Origin: Eledone cirrhosa | Taxonomy: Eukaryota | Length of the DNA: 64,000 nt | Assembly: GCA_964016885.1 (NCBI GenBank) | Contig: OZ024754.1 | Coordinates: 31,558,001 to 31,622,000 of the forward strand | Direction of reading: 5' to 3' | In this document: one piece after another, positions 1 to 14,633 of the stretch | How positions within the stretch are numbered: the stretch's first letter is position 1 | How the letters are laid out: every line of letters begins with the position of its first letter | Program-made: the position numbers and the translations under genes | Notes under the pieces: model-generated | Seen by the model: the letters and a program-made list of their open reading frames with translations, nothing else | The model's database searches: none | What the model was told of the DNA's origin: nothing

Positions 1-182
1 AGCGCAGCCAGTTAGAATCTTATCTTTCCTTCACCGATAACAATGTATTTCATGTCTGAAATTATTGACTCAACCGTAACGAGTTAACACTATGTAGATA
101 GATCTATTTTATTCCCTATTGTATAAATAATATTACAAATAAAAAAAAAAGAAAAGAAAAGAAAAAAACAGAAGCGGGTAAC

Positions 183-532
183 ACACACATCTAGGACCAC
201 ATACAACACATAATCAGATAATACACACATCTAGGACCACATACAACACATAATCAGATAATACACACATCTAGGACCACATACAACACATAATCAGATA
301 ATACACACATCTAGGACCACATACAACACATAATCAGATAATACACACATCTAGGACCACATACAACACATAATCAGATAATACACACATCTAGGACCAC
401 ATACAACACATAATCAGATAATACACACATCTAGGACCACATACAACACATAATCAGATAATACACACATCTAGGACCACATACAACACATAATCAGATA
501 ATACACACATCTAGGACCACATACAACACATA
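183..532. repeat. 40-bp minisatellite, ~9 near-identical copies
   Basis: ctaggaccac recurs at 191, 231, ... 511; unit acacacatctaggaccacatacaacacataatcagataat. Confidence 0.95.
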
Positions 533-629
533 AACAGTCACTAGATGGACGATAACATAGCGACTCCGCTTTCCTTAACTCGAAGTCAAAAGGTTGTTTG
601 GTGGGAGTTTGTTTTAAAACTAAGATGAT

Positions 630-780
<151 letters not shown>

Positions 781-993
781 ATGGGTTTTCGTTTATATAT
801 TATTCCTCCTCTTTTAAACTTTTTACAGATTATTCGCGTCTCTGCTTATCTGAACGTGTGTCCCCACTGAAATAGGGTTTCTGGGAGGAGGGGACACAAC
901 CCACCACTACACACACACACACACACACATATACCTTGTCTAACCTTATCTAGCTAGTCTTTTATTTATCTATTAATCTATTCCCTTATCTAT

Positions 994-1036
<43 letters not shown>

Positions 1037-1425
1037 TCTCTCTCTCTCTTTCTCTCTCTCTCGATATATATATATATGTGTGTGTGTGTGTGGATGTGTG
1101 TCTGTCTGTCTGTCTGTCTATTCATCTGACTGTTGATCAATTTGTCTGTCTATCCATCCATCAATCTATCTACCTATTTATTTCTCTATCTGTTTGTCTG
1201 TCTATCTATCTACTCACCCCCCCCCTTACCCCCGCCGTCACGTCTTGTCTTGTAGTGTCCCATTTTTGTACGCCCCTCTTGCAAATAAAGAAAGATATCT
1301 ATTCACCCGCCCCCTTACTTCTCTCCTCCCCTATTTATTTATCTATCTACCTATCTATTCCCTTGTACATCTATCTATCTATCCTTCGAGCAACCAAACA
1401 CTATTGTCGGAGGATGTGGAGGGCA

Positions 1426-1473
<48 letters not shown>

Positions 1474-1549
1474 GGGGGGGATGCCATAAAGTTTCTGGAC
1501 AGTTTCCACAAGAACATAGGTTGTCCTATACGACCTCTTCTTGATAAAA

Positions 1550-1680
1550 TAATTGTTTCTACTTTTGGCACAAGGCCAGCAAATTACCTAGTGCATTACT
1601 GGTACTTTATTTTATCGACCCCCGTAAGGGCCGTAACTCTTTGCTGCAAAGCATGGTGTCCGACCCTCTACCGATACTGC
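1550..1680 (-). mobile_element. tRNA-derived SINE family A, internally deleted copy
   Basis: Reverse complement of the 13110-13300 copy, lacking the B-box segment. Confidence 0.8.
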
Positions 1681-1934
1681 CATGTAGGGATATGGCCCGT
1701 TCGAAACCAAGAAAATTATGCTCCTTATGTTCTCAGTTTTAATCCTTCTGGGGGTGACTTTCTCTTTTCATTCCCCCCATGAATGATAGAAGTAGCAGTA
1801 ATATGCTGTGGTTAAAATTACACCCTCCCATCCCGTCATTAGAAATATGGTAACAGAGAAAGATATGGCGTCAATGTATTACAAAAGAAAATTTATACGG
1901 AAACTTTCTCAAGATAATGACTACAATTGTTCAA

Positions 1935-2890
1935 AGACGGTTCCGATTTGTAGACATTGCTGGGGCAGTAAACAGGAAGTTATACACAAGTTACTATTGT
2001 GGGAACTAACTCACGGGAGATGCAGTAGAGGGAGACCTGCTCAAACCTTCATTGATCAACTCAGTATGTTATACACAAGCTGCTATTGTGGGAACTAACT
2101 CACGGGAGATGCAGTAGAGGGAGACCTGCTCAAACCTTCATTGATCAACTCAGTATGTTATACACAAGTTACTATTGTGGGAACTAACTCACGGGAGATG
2201 CAGTAGAGGGAGACCTGCTCAAAACTTCATTGATCAACTCAGCATGTTATACACAAACTACCATTGTGGGAACCAAAGCAAGGGGAGCTGCAGTAGAGGA
2301 AGATCAGCTTGAACCTCCATTGACCAACTCAGGATGTTATACGTTATACACAAGTTACTATTGTGGGAACTAACTGACAGGAGACAGTAGAGGAAGATCA
2401 GCTTGAACCTTCATTGACCAACTCAGGGTGTTATACACAAGCTACTATTGTGGGAACTAACTGACAGGAGACAGTAGAGGAAGACCAACTTGAACCTTCA
2501 TTGACCAACTCAGGATGTTATACACAAGCTACTATTGTGGGAACTAACTGACAGGAGACAGTAGAGGAAGACCAACTTGAACCTTCATTGATCAACTCAG
2601 GGTGTTATACACAAGCTGCTATTGCGGGAACCAACTCACGGGAGACAGAAGAGGACGACCAACTTGAACCTTCATTGACCAACTCAGGGTATTATACACA
2701 AGCTACTATTGTGGGAACTAACTTATGGGAGACACAGTAGAGGGAGACCTGCTTGAACCTTCATTGACCAACTCTTGGACGATACAAACCTCAGTAGGGA
2801 ACAGTTACCAGGAACAATGGAAAATGATGAATTGTGGAGAGACTGTCAGGAATGTTTCACTGTGGTCACAATGATGATGATGATGATGAA
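1935..2890 (+). mobile_element. 3' fragment of RTE-like LINE containing an internal 87-89 bp tandem amplification (~9 copies, 1980-2775)
   Basis: Translates HCWGSKQEVIHKLLLWELTHGRCSRGRPAQTFIDQL...DDTNLSREQLPGTMEN, typical of the RTE C-terminus; ends in a (GAT)n tail at ~2870-2888. Confidence 0.8.
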
Positions 2891-4494
2891 CAGAGAAAGT
2901 TTATTCCTAGTTCAGCTCTGGTTGATCAAATATATGACATCACAGCTGTGACCAAGAGCCTTGTTTCAAGGGGGTACCAGGCGACAATCCGCCTCCCCCA
3001 TACACACACACCACACTTTTTCAAACGTCTATTTTTATTTTTTGTCTATTTGATATAATAAATTCTTTTTAAGCTGATTTTTTTTTATATCTGAACTTCA
3101 TTTGAATATGTAAAATTTTAATTATGTGATAGGGTCTGGGAAAGGCACCAAGCAATTTATGCTCCTTTAAGAATCAACAAATGTTGGTTTGTCCCCTTCA
3201 CATTTTTAAGGCAAACGAGTCCCCTAGCTGTGACCATCACATTTACAGGAGGGAGGAGGTATTTTTCAGACCAGTATATCTAGGAATGATATATTATCTA
3301 GTATAACTTTTCCCGTGGTTGTAAGAGCGTGACTTGAGGGAGGTTTGGCTATTATTTCTAGCCAGTCGAGTAAACCACGACGATGCTCCACACGTTGTGG
3401 CTTTTAGGAACTGAAATAGGGATCACGGACATAAATAGACTCTGTGTGTTTGAGAGAGAAAGGGGGAGAGGGGTCAAAAACTGTGGGAGAAGAGGACAGA
3501 GTGAAATAGAGAAAGAGAGATGGAGAAAGGGGAAAAGAGAGAAAGATTCAGAAAGACAGACTGTGAGAGGGAGGGATTAGTGCTGAGAGAATAAGAGAGA
3601 ACGGCTTAGGTTGAGAGACAGAGAAAGAGGGAGAGAGAGAGTGATGGATAGACATAGAGACAGAGATAGAAAAAGAGAGGGAGAGAGAGAGAGAAAGTGA
3701 CGCGGATAGACATACAGAAGGAGAAAGAGAAAGAGGATGATGGATAGAGATAGAGATAGATAGAGAGAGAGAGAGAGAGTGTGTGTGTGGCGGATAGAAG
3801 TAGAGACGGGGATAGAGATAGAGAAGGAGGATGGAGATAGAGATGAAGAGGAAGAAAGAGAGACAGAGAGAGAGAGGGTGAGAGAGAGAGAGAGTGACAG
3901 ATAGACATAGAGACGGAGAGAGAGAGAGAACTAACTAACTGTCGTGTAGAGAGGAAATTAAAAAAAACAAAACATAGAAGAGGATGAAAATATAGGAATG
4001 TAGTGGGTGAGAGGGTGGGTGGGCTGAAACAGGGTTACTGACATTTATCAGTTATCTGTCTGTCTAGTGTGAGGTTGAAGACGGTAGGGGGCGGGAGGTG
4101 TCTGTCTGTGTGTGGTGAGAGTTATGGCGGGAGGGGGTGAGATGTCTGTCTGTGCTGAGGGTAGAGGGTTAAGTAGAGAAATGATGGAAGATCTGGTTTG
4201 GTGGTAATAGTAGTAGTTGTAGTTGTAGTAGTAGTAGTAGTAGTAGTTGTAGTAGTTGTTGTTATAGTAGTAGTAGTTGTTGTTGTAGTAGTAGTAGTAC
4301 CCTTACCCTAGCGGGAGTTCGATGACAGGTCACGCATACATACATGCATGCATGCATACATACATAGATACACATAATATAGATACACACATATAATGTA
4401 CATACATACATACGCATAATATACATACTCACACGCATATATATACCTATATACACATAATATATATATATATACACACACACATATCTTTATT

Positions 4495-4866
4495 ATATAT
4501 TGAAATGACTTCTACAGGACTAGAACTGTTTCATTCGTATGAAATCACGAATAAAAACAGTTCTAGTTTTAAGAAGTCATTTATATATATAAATGTTTCT
4601 ACTTTAGGCACAAGGCCAGCAATTACTCAGTGCATTACTGGTACTTTATTTTATCGACCCCGTAAGGATGAAAGGCAAAGTTAACCTCGGCTTGATTTGA
4701 ACTCAGATCATAAAGGGCCGTAACTCTATGCTGCAAAGCATGGCGTCCGACCCTCTACCGATAATGCTAATATACCGCCTTTATTTATATATATAAAGAT
4801 GCTTATACTCTACCAATGTATTGAGTACTTTTTTAACTGTGGTTACCCCCGACACAACTCGGCAAT
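4495..4866 (+). mobile_element. Fold-back Penelope-like pLTR fragment in (TA)n, interrupted by a SINE
   Basis: Inverted repeat aaatgacttct..actagaactgttt / aaacagttctagt..agaagtcattt; ACTC..GAGTAC motif at 4807-4828; related sequence at 62815-62875. Confidence 0.55.
4592..4780 (-). mobile_element. SINE family A
   Basis: Full reverse-complement copy with A/B-box head, gcctttcatccttacggggtcgataaaat core and gtagaaaca tail. Confidence 0.9.
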
Positions 4867-4867
4867 C

Positions 4868-4914
<47 letters not shown>

Positions 4915-5159
4915 ATATATATATATTATTATTATTATTAATAGTAATGAATGGAAAATATTACTATAGCATCATATATATTTTATAAAATATATATGAT
5001 GCTATAGTGATATTTTCCATTATTACTATTAATAATATTATAATACTCCAGATAAAATTTCTTGTAGAGTGCTTCATATCTGTTATGAACATAACTTTGT
5101 TGAATATTCATCAGCAAAGCATATAACTCGTTGTTTATATATCTATATATATATATAAA

Positions 5160-5890
5160 ACATGAGAAGAAAGAAGAATACTGCGTGGTTGCACATGGGT
5201 TACATATGATAAAAATAGTCCTTCGTCAGTGATTTTCCAACCATCATTGGTATTTCATCGCATTAAAAATCATATACCTCAGGTTGGTGCGAGCAATAAC
5301 TAAAAAAAGTTATTGGGACCAGTAAATCGCGTAAAGCGAGGGGGACAAGTGAACAACATAGAAGGATAAAAGCAAACCAAAGATAGGAAAAAAACAAGCA
5401 ACATGGTTGTCCGGTCAGCATAAACTGGGTGGATTTCATGAGCGAGAGAGGTACAGACCGTCCGACGTGAGTGAGATGTAAGCAAGAAGAGAGAAGGGGA
5501 GAAACAGAGAGTGAGTGAGTGGAAGTGCGAGGTAGCGGTCAGTCGAGAGAAAGTGTAACTGACAGAGGGGGCGAAAGAAGGTGAGAGAAACAGAGAGAAC
5601 GGGGAAGCAGTAAGAGAGAAACAGACAAACGCAGCCGAGGTAAATATATATAAAAAACGTGAGAAGAAAGAAGAATACTGCGTGGTTGCACATGGGTTAC
5701 ATATGATAAAAATAGTCCTTCGTCAGTGATTTTCCAACCTTCATTGGTATTTCATCGCATTAAAAATCAGATACCTCAGGTTGGTGCGAGCAATAACTAA
5801 AAAAAGTTATTGGGACCAGTAAATCGCGTAAAGCGAGGGGGACAAGTAAACAACATAGAAGGATAAAAGCAAACCAAAGATAGGAAAAAA
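5160..5890. repeat. ~235-bp direct repeat pair (5160-5400, 5657-5890) flanking a GA-rich spacer, bounded by (TA)n
   Basis: gagaagaaagaagaatactgcgtggttgcacatggg...aaccaaagataggaaaaaa occurs twice with few differences. Confidence 0.85.
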
Positions 5891-5969
5891 TATACATATA
5901 TATATATATATAATCCTTATCGAGCCCTCTTCGGATTTTACTCTTCACTTTTATTATTACTATATATAT

Positions 5970-6147
5970 ATAGGAAAAAATGTTTAACCCCGACGGCAGA
6001 GCTCGAGCAGTTTCTGGAATAGCCGTCTAAACGGCTTGAGCTCTGCCGTCGGGGTTAAACATTTTCCTATTACCCACTCTACTGCCCTAAGTATTGAGTA
6101 CTCTGGTGCGTTATGATCCATCTGGTTCCTTACCACACCTCCTTCGT

Positions 6148-6150
<3 letters not shown>
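5970..6150 (+). mobile_element. Penelope-like pLTR fragment (family P1) with inverted 5' arm and partial hammerhead motif
   Basis: Inverted repeat aatgtttaaccccgacggcagagctc / gagctctgccgtcggggttaaacatt; other copies at 12975-13056, 32914-33316, 49985-50190 and 63865-64000; adjoins (TA)n. Confidence 0.75.
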
Positions 6151-6183
<33 letters not shown>

Positions 6184-6699
6184 AAGGGCTGTGAGGAACG
6201 ATAGAAAGCTGTTATATGATAGTTTTCTATCTTAAAACCGGTGGGTGGGGGGCTTTAGGGGATAAAACATCAAAAATGTTAAATTCACATTACGTTTTAC
6301 AATATTTTAATAACAAAAAGAAAGAAAAGAAGAGGTGGAAATGTGGGATGGGGTTGGGAGGAACTCTACACCCTTGGTTGCACGGTATATCTCTGATATA
6401 CCCCGCAGACAAGATGGCGAAAGTATTGTGATGGAGACCAGCCAGCGGTACCTACTACATCAGTCATTCACATCTCAGGGCTCCCTCCTCAGGCGGGATG
6501 ATATCACCTTGAAATATCAGTACGAAGTCACGCGAACTCCTAAAATGCTATCCATCTCCCTAATTCATTAACTTGGCTGTCACCTTAATCTTGTCACGTG
6601 GTCTCTTAAAATGTTACCCAACTCCCTAAAGGATTAACTTGAAAAAAATGTTCTCACAGCTGACACCTATGCAGGTTTAGCTGGCTTCATACAAGTTTG

Positions 6700-6820
6700 C
6701 ATTTCAAATGAGGTTTCTTGAATGTTTTAATGAAAAGCAACGTGGAATAAAGTGTCTTGTTCAAGAACACAATGGGCCGCCCGCTAGTCCATCATCCTAA
6801 CCACTAGGCCACACGCCGCG
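6700..6820 (-). mobile_element. tRNA-derived SINE family B (partial)
   Basis: Reverse complement of gcgtgtggcctagtggttagg...ttgtgttcttgaacaagacactttattccacgttgct. Confidence 0.7.
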
Positions 6821-6919
6821 AATATCACCTTGATGTTGTCAGCAGAACTTATCAAGGAATCAAACCCTTGACTTAAAATCGCAAGTCTAACACCCTAACT
6901 GTTGGATGTCACCTTAATA

Positions 6920-7130
6920 TGTTTCTACTATAGGCACAAGGCCAGCAGTCCTGGGGGAGGGGAAAATGGATTAAATTTACCTCAGTGCATTACTGGTACT
7001 TTATTTTATCGACCTCCATAAGAATGAAAAGCAAAGCTAACCTCGGCGGTATTTGAACTCAGACCGTAAACGACCGTAACTCTATGCTGCAAAGCATGGT
7101 GTCCGACGCTCTACCGATGCTGCCAATCCA
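6920..7130 (-). mobile_element. SINE family A (long variant)
   Basis: Family A head, core and tail plus an extra ggggagggg-containing segment. Confidence 0.85.
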
Positions 7131-7250
7131 TATTGTCAGCTGGTCTCCTAAAACGATAGAGGGCGCCCTAAGGGAGCAACTCGCTGTCATATTGATCGTG
7201 TCGCGTGAACTAGCTACAATGCTAATTAAACTAAACTGTTGGTTGAGGAG

Positions 7251-7300
<50 letters not shown>

Positions 7301-7639
7301 TTTCTTAGTAAGGGGATGGTTGGAGAGTGTTTGGTCCCTGTTTACCGTGTGGAAATGGGAAGTAAATTAAGGGCCCCCAAGGGAACGACTGTATGGTGGC
7401 TTTGATAGGTTGTAGAGACGTAGTGAGGCAATACATACGATTTTGAGAGAAGGAGGGGTGGGAGGAGATGTGTGAATGTCCCACAGGAAAGGCAGCTGTT
7501 GATTAGTTTCTACACATATACAGACGTATATATACATTTGTACAAATCCATCCATACATTCGTATATATTATGCATACATTTGCCCATACTTATACACAC
7601 ATACACACATACACATCTCTCTCTCTCTCTCATTATATA

Positions 7640-7890
7640 TACGGGGTCGATGAAATAAAGTACCAGTAATGTAGAAACAATTATATATTCGTAAAGTAGA
7701 AACAATTATATATTTGGCAGTATCGGTAGAGGGTTGGACGCCATGCTTTCTAGCATAGTTACGTCCCTTTACAGTCTGAGTTCAAATCCCGCCGAGGTTA
7801 ACTTTGCCTTTCATCCTTACGGGGTCAATAAAATAAAGTACCAGTAATCTACTGGGTAATTGCTGGCCTTGTGCCTAAAGTAGAAACAAT
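7640..7890 (+). mobile_element. SINE family A (full copy 7715-7890 preceded by partial tail copies)
   Basis: tggcagtatcggtag (A box), gagttcaaatccc (B box), core and tail. Confidence 0.9.
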
Positions 7891-7906
7891 TATATATATA
7901 TATATA

Positions 7907-8756
7907 TCTATATATATAAAGTGAAGATGGGCATTGTTTGGTGTTCCGAACTTGCATGCTACACCGTTCATCCAATTTTCATGAAACCTCACACATATAT
8001 AAAACTCAACGCGTAGAGTGGAATAGGCTACTTGAAATTTTCGAAAAATCGATAAACGGGCCCTATGACAGAATGATTTTCGATTCCAATGAAATTTTAT
8101 GTGAATTCGAACACAAGAACTCTTAGTTTACATCTGGCGCAATAAAAATAAATTTCATATGCCCATATAAGGACGTGCGTTTATGATTGGACGGCCAGCT
8201 GCATGTCTTTCCAGCTGTCTCAGTAAACGACCGACCATTAAAGAGTTTATCTTTTCATATTCAAATCTACTTTCACGCATTGATGTAAAAAATCAATAAA
8301 ACTGAAGCGGGGCTCGACTTTGCGCAAAAAAACAAGGCAAAGTTACACATGGGAAAACTTTTTACAGGAACGTCCGATATTCTTGAAAACTGTCACAAAA
8401 GACTCGCCATTATGCCGCGGTTAAGATAAAGGCCCTTTTAATTCTTCTTCTGCACATGTGAGCGCAAAAATTGTAAAAAAAAAAAACCCCGAAAAAAAAT
8501 CGACATTTTCTCCCTGCTTTAAATTAACTGAACATTCAATATCAAGCGATGTTGACTTCCGTCAGTCGTGCAGAGAACAATTTCAACGAATCACTGTGTA
8601 ACTACAATTAATAAATTACACACCTGCGTCTACTAACCTATTTTTTTTCATTGAAGTTCGAAGTTTTGAACCTGTGATGCGCGGGAAGTAACTTTCACAC
8701 ATTCTAACAGACCAAAGGTCGACTTACACCCGGGCAACGCCGGGTACTTCTGCTAG
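7907..8756 (+). mobile_element. Non-autonomous Helitron
   Basis: Starts A|TCTATATATATAAA; ends with hairpin cccgggcaacgccggg then CTAG|T. These are canonical Helitron termini. Confidence 0.85.
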
Positions 8757-8762
8757 TATATA

Positions 8763-8798
<36 letters not shown>

Positions 8799-8949
8799 CA
8801 CGGGTGTGTATGATTGTGTATAGAAGATTATATTAATAAGAGGAATTCCAACTTTGTCTGATTTACTCGTTTTATTTACAATCCTTTAAAATTTATAATG
8901 GTATTATAATGAAATAGTATGATAGAATATTAAATGTTAAGTGTTAATT

Positions 8950-8986
8950 GAACAAGTACTTTCATGCTTTCGCAATCTTCAGGTTC
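8950..8986 (-). ncRNA. Minimal type I hammerhead ribozyme motif
   Basis: Minus strand reads GAAC-CTGAAGA-TTGC GAAA GCAT-GAAA-GTAC-TT-GTTC: stem I GAAC/GTTC, core CUGANGA, tetraloop-capped stem II, GAAA, palindromic stem III. Confidence 0.65.
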
Positions 8987-9242
8987 ATAATGTGTGGTGA
9001 CAATCAAGTTTGCAATTTTCAACTGTATATACAATATATATATATACAATAGTACAGCATATTCGAAGTTCGATCAGCAGCTAAGCCAACGAAGTAGTGG
9101 AGCCAAGCACTCGACAAGGAATAAACCTCAGAGTAATAAACATACAGTTTAAAGGGTTTTGCAAATTGAAAATAGCGACCGCTAATTCAGTCGCGTGATC
9201 TGTAGCAGCGAAAGAACTGATTAGTGAGAAAAGGAAATACGC

Positions 9243-9377
<135 letters not shown>

Positions 9378-9639
9378 ACATACCTGGACCGTCACTTGGA
9401 AATTACTGAATATCCAAGTGAGGTTTCTGTAAATCCGAAATCAACAACATCCGCTTGTGGTGTATACAAGTTAGGTTTCTGGAGGATCGAACAGAGGAAT
9501 TTACTTTCTCAACAGACTTTCGTTCTAACCCAAAATCCGGTGTGAAGCACATGTTACTCCAAAAGGAGTGTATACACTGTAGTACAAATTTAGTATAAAC
9601 ATCGAAGGGTTGAGAGCACTCAGTCCAAAAGACAGGTTA

Positions 9640-9772
9640 AGTATAATTAGTTACAACAGCGACATGAACAGGTACTTAAGTTTCGGTGGGAAGCCATATT
9701 TATGGCAGGCTGAATGAGTTGGGGTAAACAACCCAACGAAATTTAAGTAGCTGTAGATGTCACTGTTGTAAC

Positions 9773-9782
<10 letters not shown>
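9640..9782. mobile_element. Fold-back pLTR fragment containing a hammerhead motif (9706-9753, +)
   Basis: Inverted repeat tataattagttacaacagcgacat..tacttaagtttcg / cgaaatttaagta..atgtcactgttgtaactaattata; CAGG-CTGAATGA-GTTGGG..CCCAAC-GAAA-(C/T)TTAAG-TA-(C/G)CTG. Confidence 0.7.
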
Positions 9783-9819
<37 letters not shown>

Positions 9820-10259
9820 TGGCTGCCAACTCGTTTTCGAGTACGGCCACTACTTTATATCCATGTAGGAGAACCCCTACCGATGCGCTGAACGAATGTG
9901 ACTTTTTAGTCCAGCCAGCGACTTGAAAACTCTGGTACAGACACTACACTTGTGACAATTATTGACAGATAGTACTGGGCCCATGGTACCATGTGACGAT
10001 AAGTGCAGAGAGATCTCCAGATATAAAGCAATGCCTGTGCCGTGAAGCTTTTATAGTGAGTAAAGGCACTGCACAAAGCCAGTCCCACTCTCTTAACCAA
10101 GATGATATTTACCAAAAAGAAGAACAAGTCAACATCATTGGATACCATCAGGGTTGCAGGTGTTATATCAGAGTTTTCCTTCTCCTAGAATTCTGCCTTG
10201 ACAGAGGCTAAGGGGTCATCTCTCCCGGATATATATACATACATATACTGTATATGTAT

Positions 10260-10454
10260 CAGGCCTGTCAACTCTTCCCGTCCGACGGGGAGATCTCCCA
10301 CCCACTTTGGCGTGGGTGAAAGATGTGTTCTCTTGTGAAAATGGGTATAGCTTTCATCGTGTAAAAAATCTCCCCATTTCGAAACATTTCTACCCGTTTT
10401 GGGGCACTCTTTTTCATGATACTCCCCCGTTTGGGTTTTTAAGGGTTAGCAGGT

Positions 10455-10456
<2 letters not shown>
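10260..10456. mobile_element. Putative hAT-like MITE
   Basis: Imperfect terminal inverted repeat caggcctgtcaac / gttagcaggtct; ~200 bp, non-coding. Confidence 0.45.
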
Positions 10457-12816
<2,360 letters not shown>

Positions 12817-12851
12817 GTATATATATATATATATATGTATATATATGTATA

Positions 12852-12934
<83 letters not shown>

Positions 12935-13069
12935 GTATAGATATATATATGTATATATATATGTATATATATATATAGGAAAATGGGTCCAGAAATAGTC
13001 ATCGAAACGGCTTGAGCTCTGCCGTCGGGGTCTAAAATGTTCCTATTACCCACTCTATATATATATATA

Positions 13070-13109
<40 letters not shown>

Positions 13110-13300
13110 AGGCGGTGGATTGGCAGTATTGGTAGAGGGTCGGACGCCATGCTTCCCAGCATAGTTACGTCCCTTTACGATCTGAGTTCAAATCCCGCCG
13201 AGGTTAACTTTGCCTTTCATCCTTACGGGGTCGATAAAATAAAGTACCAGTAATGTACTGGGTGTTTGCTGGCCTTGTGCCTAACGTAGAAACAATTATT
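13110..13300 (+). mobile_element. SINE family A (reference copy)
   Basis: ggcggtggattggcagtattggtag (A box)...gagttcaaatccc (B box)...gcctttcatccttacggggtcgataaaataaagtaccag...gtagaaacaattatt; follows (ATT)n. Confidence 0.9.
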
Positions 13301-13436
13301 AAGATGTTGTATTAGTGTTGATATTAGCTGAATCTCTCAATACTATCAAACTACATTTGCAGCAAACTGTGTTGTTCTTCCTGTCCTCCAGATCTCTGTC
13401 CCTCATCATATCTTTCCTTACAGGTGTTGACATGTA

Positions 13437-13555
13437 ACCATTTCAGTGGAACATCAATGGCGTCAATCTCACCAGTCCTACCTACGGTATGGCCTAACCA
13501 TTTCAGTGGAACATCAATGGCATCAATCTCATCAGTCCTACCTACGGTATGGCCA
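13437..13555. repeat. 60-bp tandem duplication
   Basis: aaccatttcagtggaacatcaatggc...cctacctacggtatggcc occurs twice. Confidence 0.9.
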
Positions 13556-13636
13556 TGTAACGGAATTCTCCTATAAATTACCCTGCGAACATTCGAAAAC
13601 GAATCTAAAAGTTCTCTGGATGTTTGATAAGAAGAA

Positions 13637-13826
13637 TAATTGTTTCTACTTTTGGCACAAGGCCAGCAATTATATCCAGTGTATTACTGGTACTTTATTT
13701 TATCGACCTCGTAAGGATGAAAGGCAAAGTTAACCTCGGCGGGATTTGAACTCAGTCCGTAAAGGGACGTAACTGTGCTGCAAAGCATGGCGTCCGCCCC
13801 TCTACCGATACTGCCAATCCACCGCC
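13637..13826 (-). mobile_element. SINE family A
   Basis: Reverse-complement full copy; tgataagaagaataat occurs on both sides (candidate target-site duplication). Confidence 0.9.
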
Positions 13827-14331
13827 CTTGTGATAAGAAGAATAATGCCATGGTTGTGATGTTGACAATGTTTATTTTACAATAACAATATGTGACAGAA
13901 TTCACCACTACAAGCACTAGCTCTTCTTCTTACAGACTTAGCAAATAAAAAAAGGAGGGAACCTTTACGCGATTACGCGATTTATAAGATATAGAAACCA
14001 AATCTCTCTCCCAAATGACACCCTACTCTTATAAAGGAAAACAGGAAGGGCACAGCGGATGATATAATTTTAGATACACTGTCCAAAAAACAAAACAGAA
14101 AGGTTACGGTAGGACCACCTTTGATCATAGGTCTGTAACCTAGGGTTAAACAACAAAAATAACAAGTAACAAGATACCGTAAATAATTTGGGTCGTTGGG
14201 GTTTTGTTTTTTCTATCTATGGTGTATGCCTTCAAATTACTTTCGAGACCGGAAATTTCGGCTCCAAGTCCGGAAATCTTTCAACTTCGTTGCGCTTCCT
14301 TCTTCTCTTTCTCCAACGGTTTCTATCAGTC

Positions 14332-14432
<101 letters not shown>

Positions 14433-14633
14433 GATAGAGTAAGACACGCTTCGCATCGGCTCCGCTATTCCATCGGGATTTACCCTTACTATTGTAAGTA
14501 CCGGATAAATTTTTTAGTGCAACACATTTGGAACACTAACCCCTGTTATTTAGGGAAACATTTTTGCATTTACCCCCTTTTTAGGGGGTAAAATAAATAT
14601 CTATTTTTGCCGAAAAATTTCTTTCTTGGCAGC

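Noticed and set aside
9860-10220. Possible LINE endonuclease remnant on the minus strand
   Set aside because: Only weak motif resemblance; cannot be supported by eye.
13110-13200. tRNA genes at A/B-box sequences
   Set aside because: They are SINE heads followed by a shared core and tail; no clean cloverleaf is evident.
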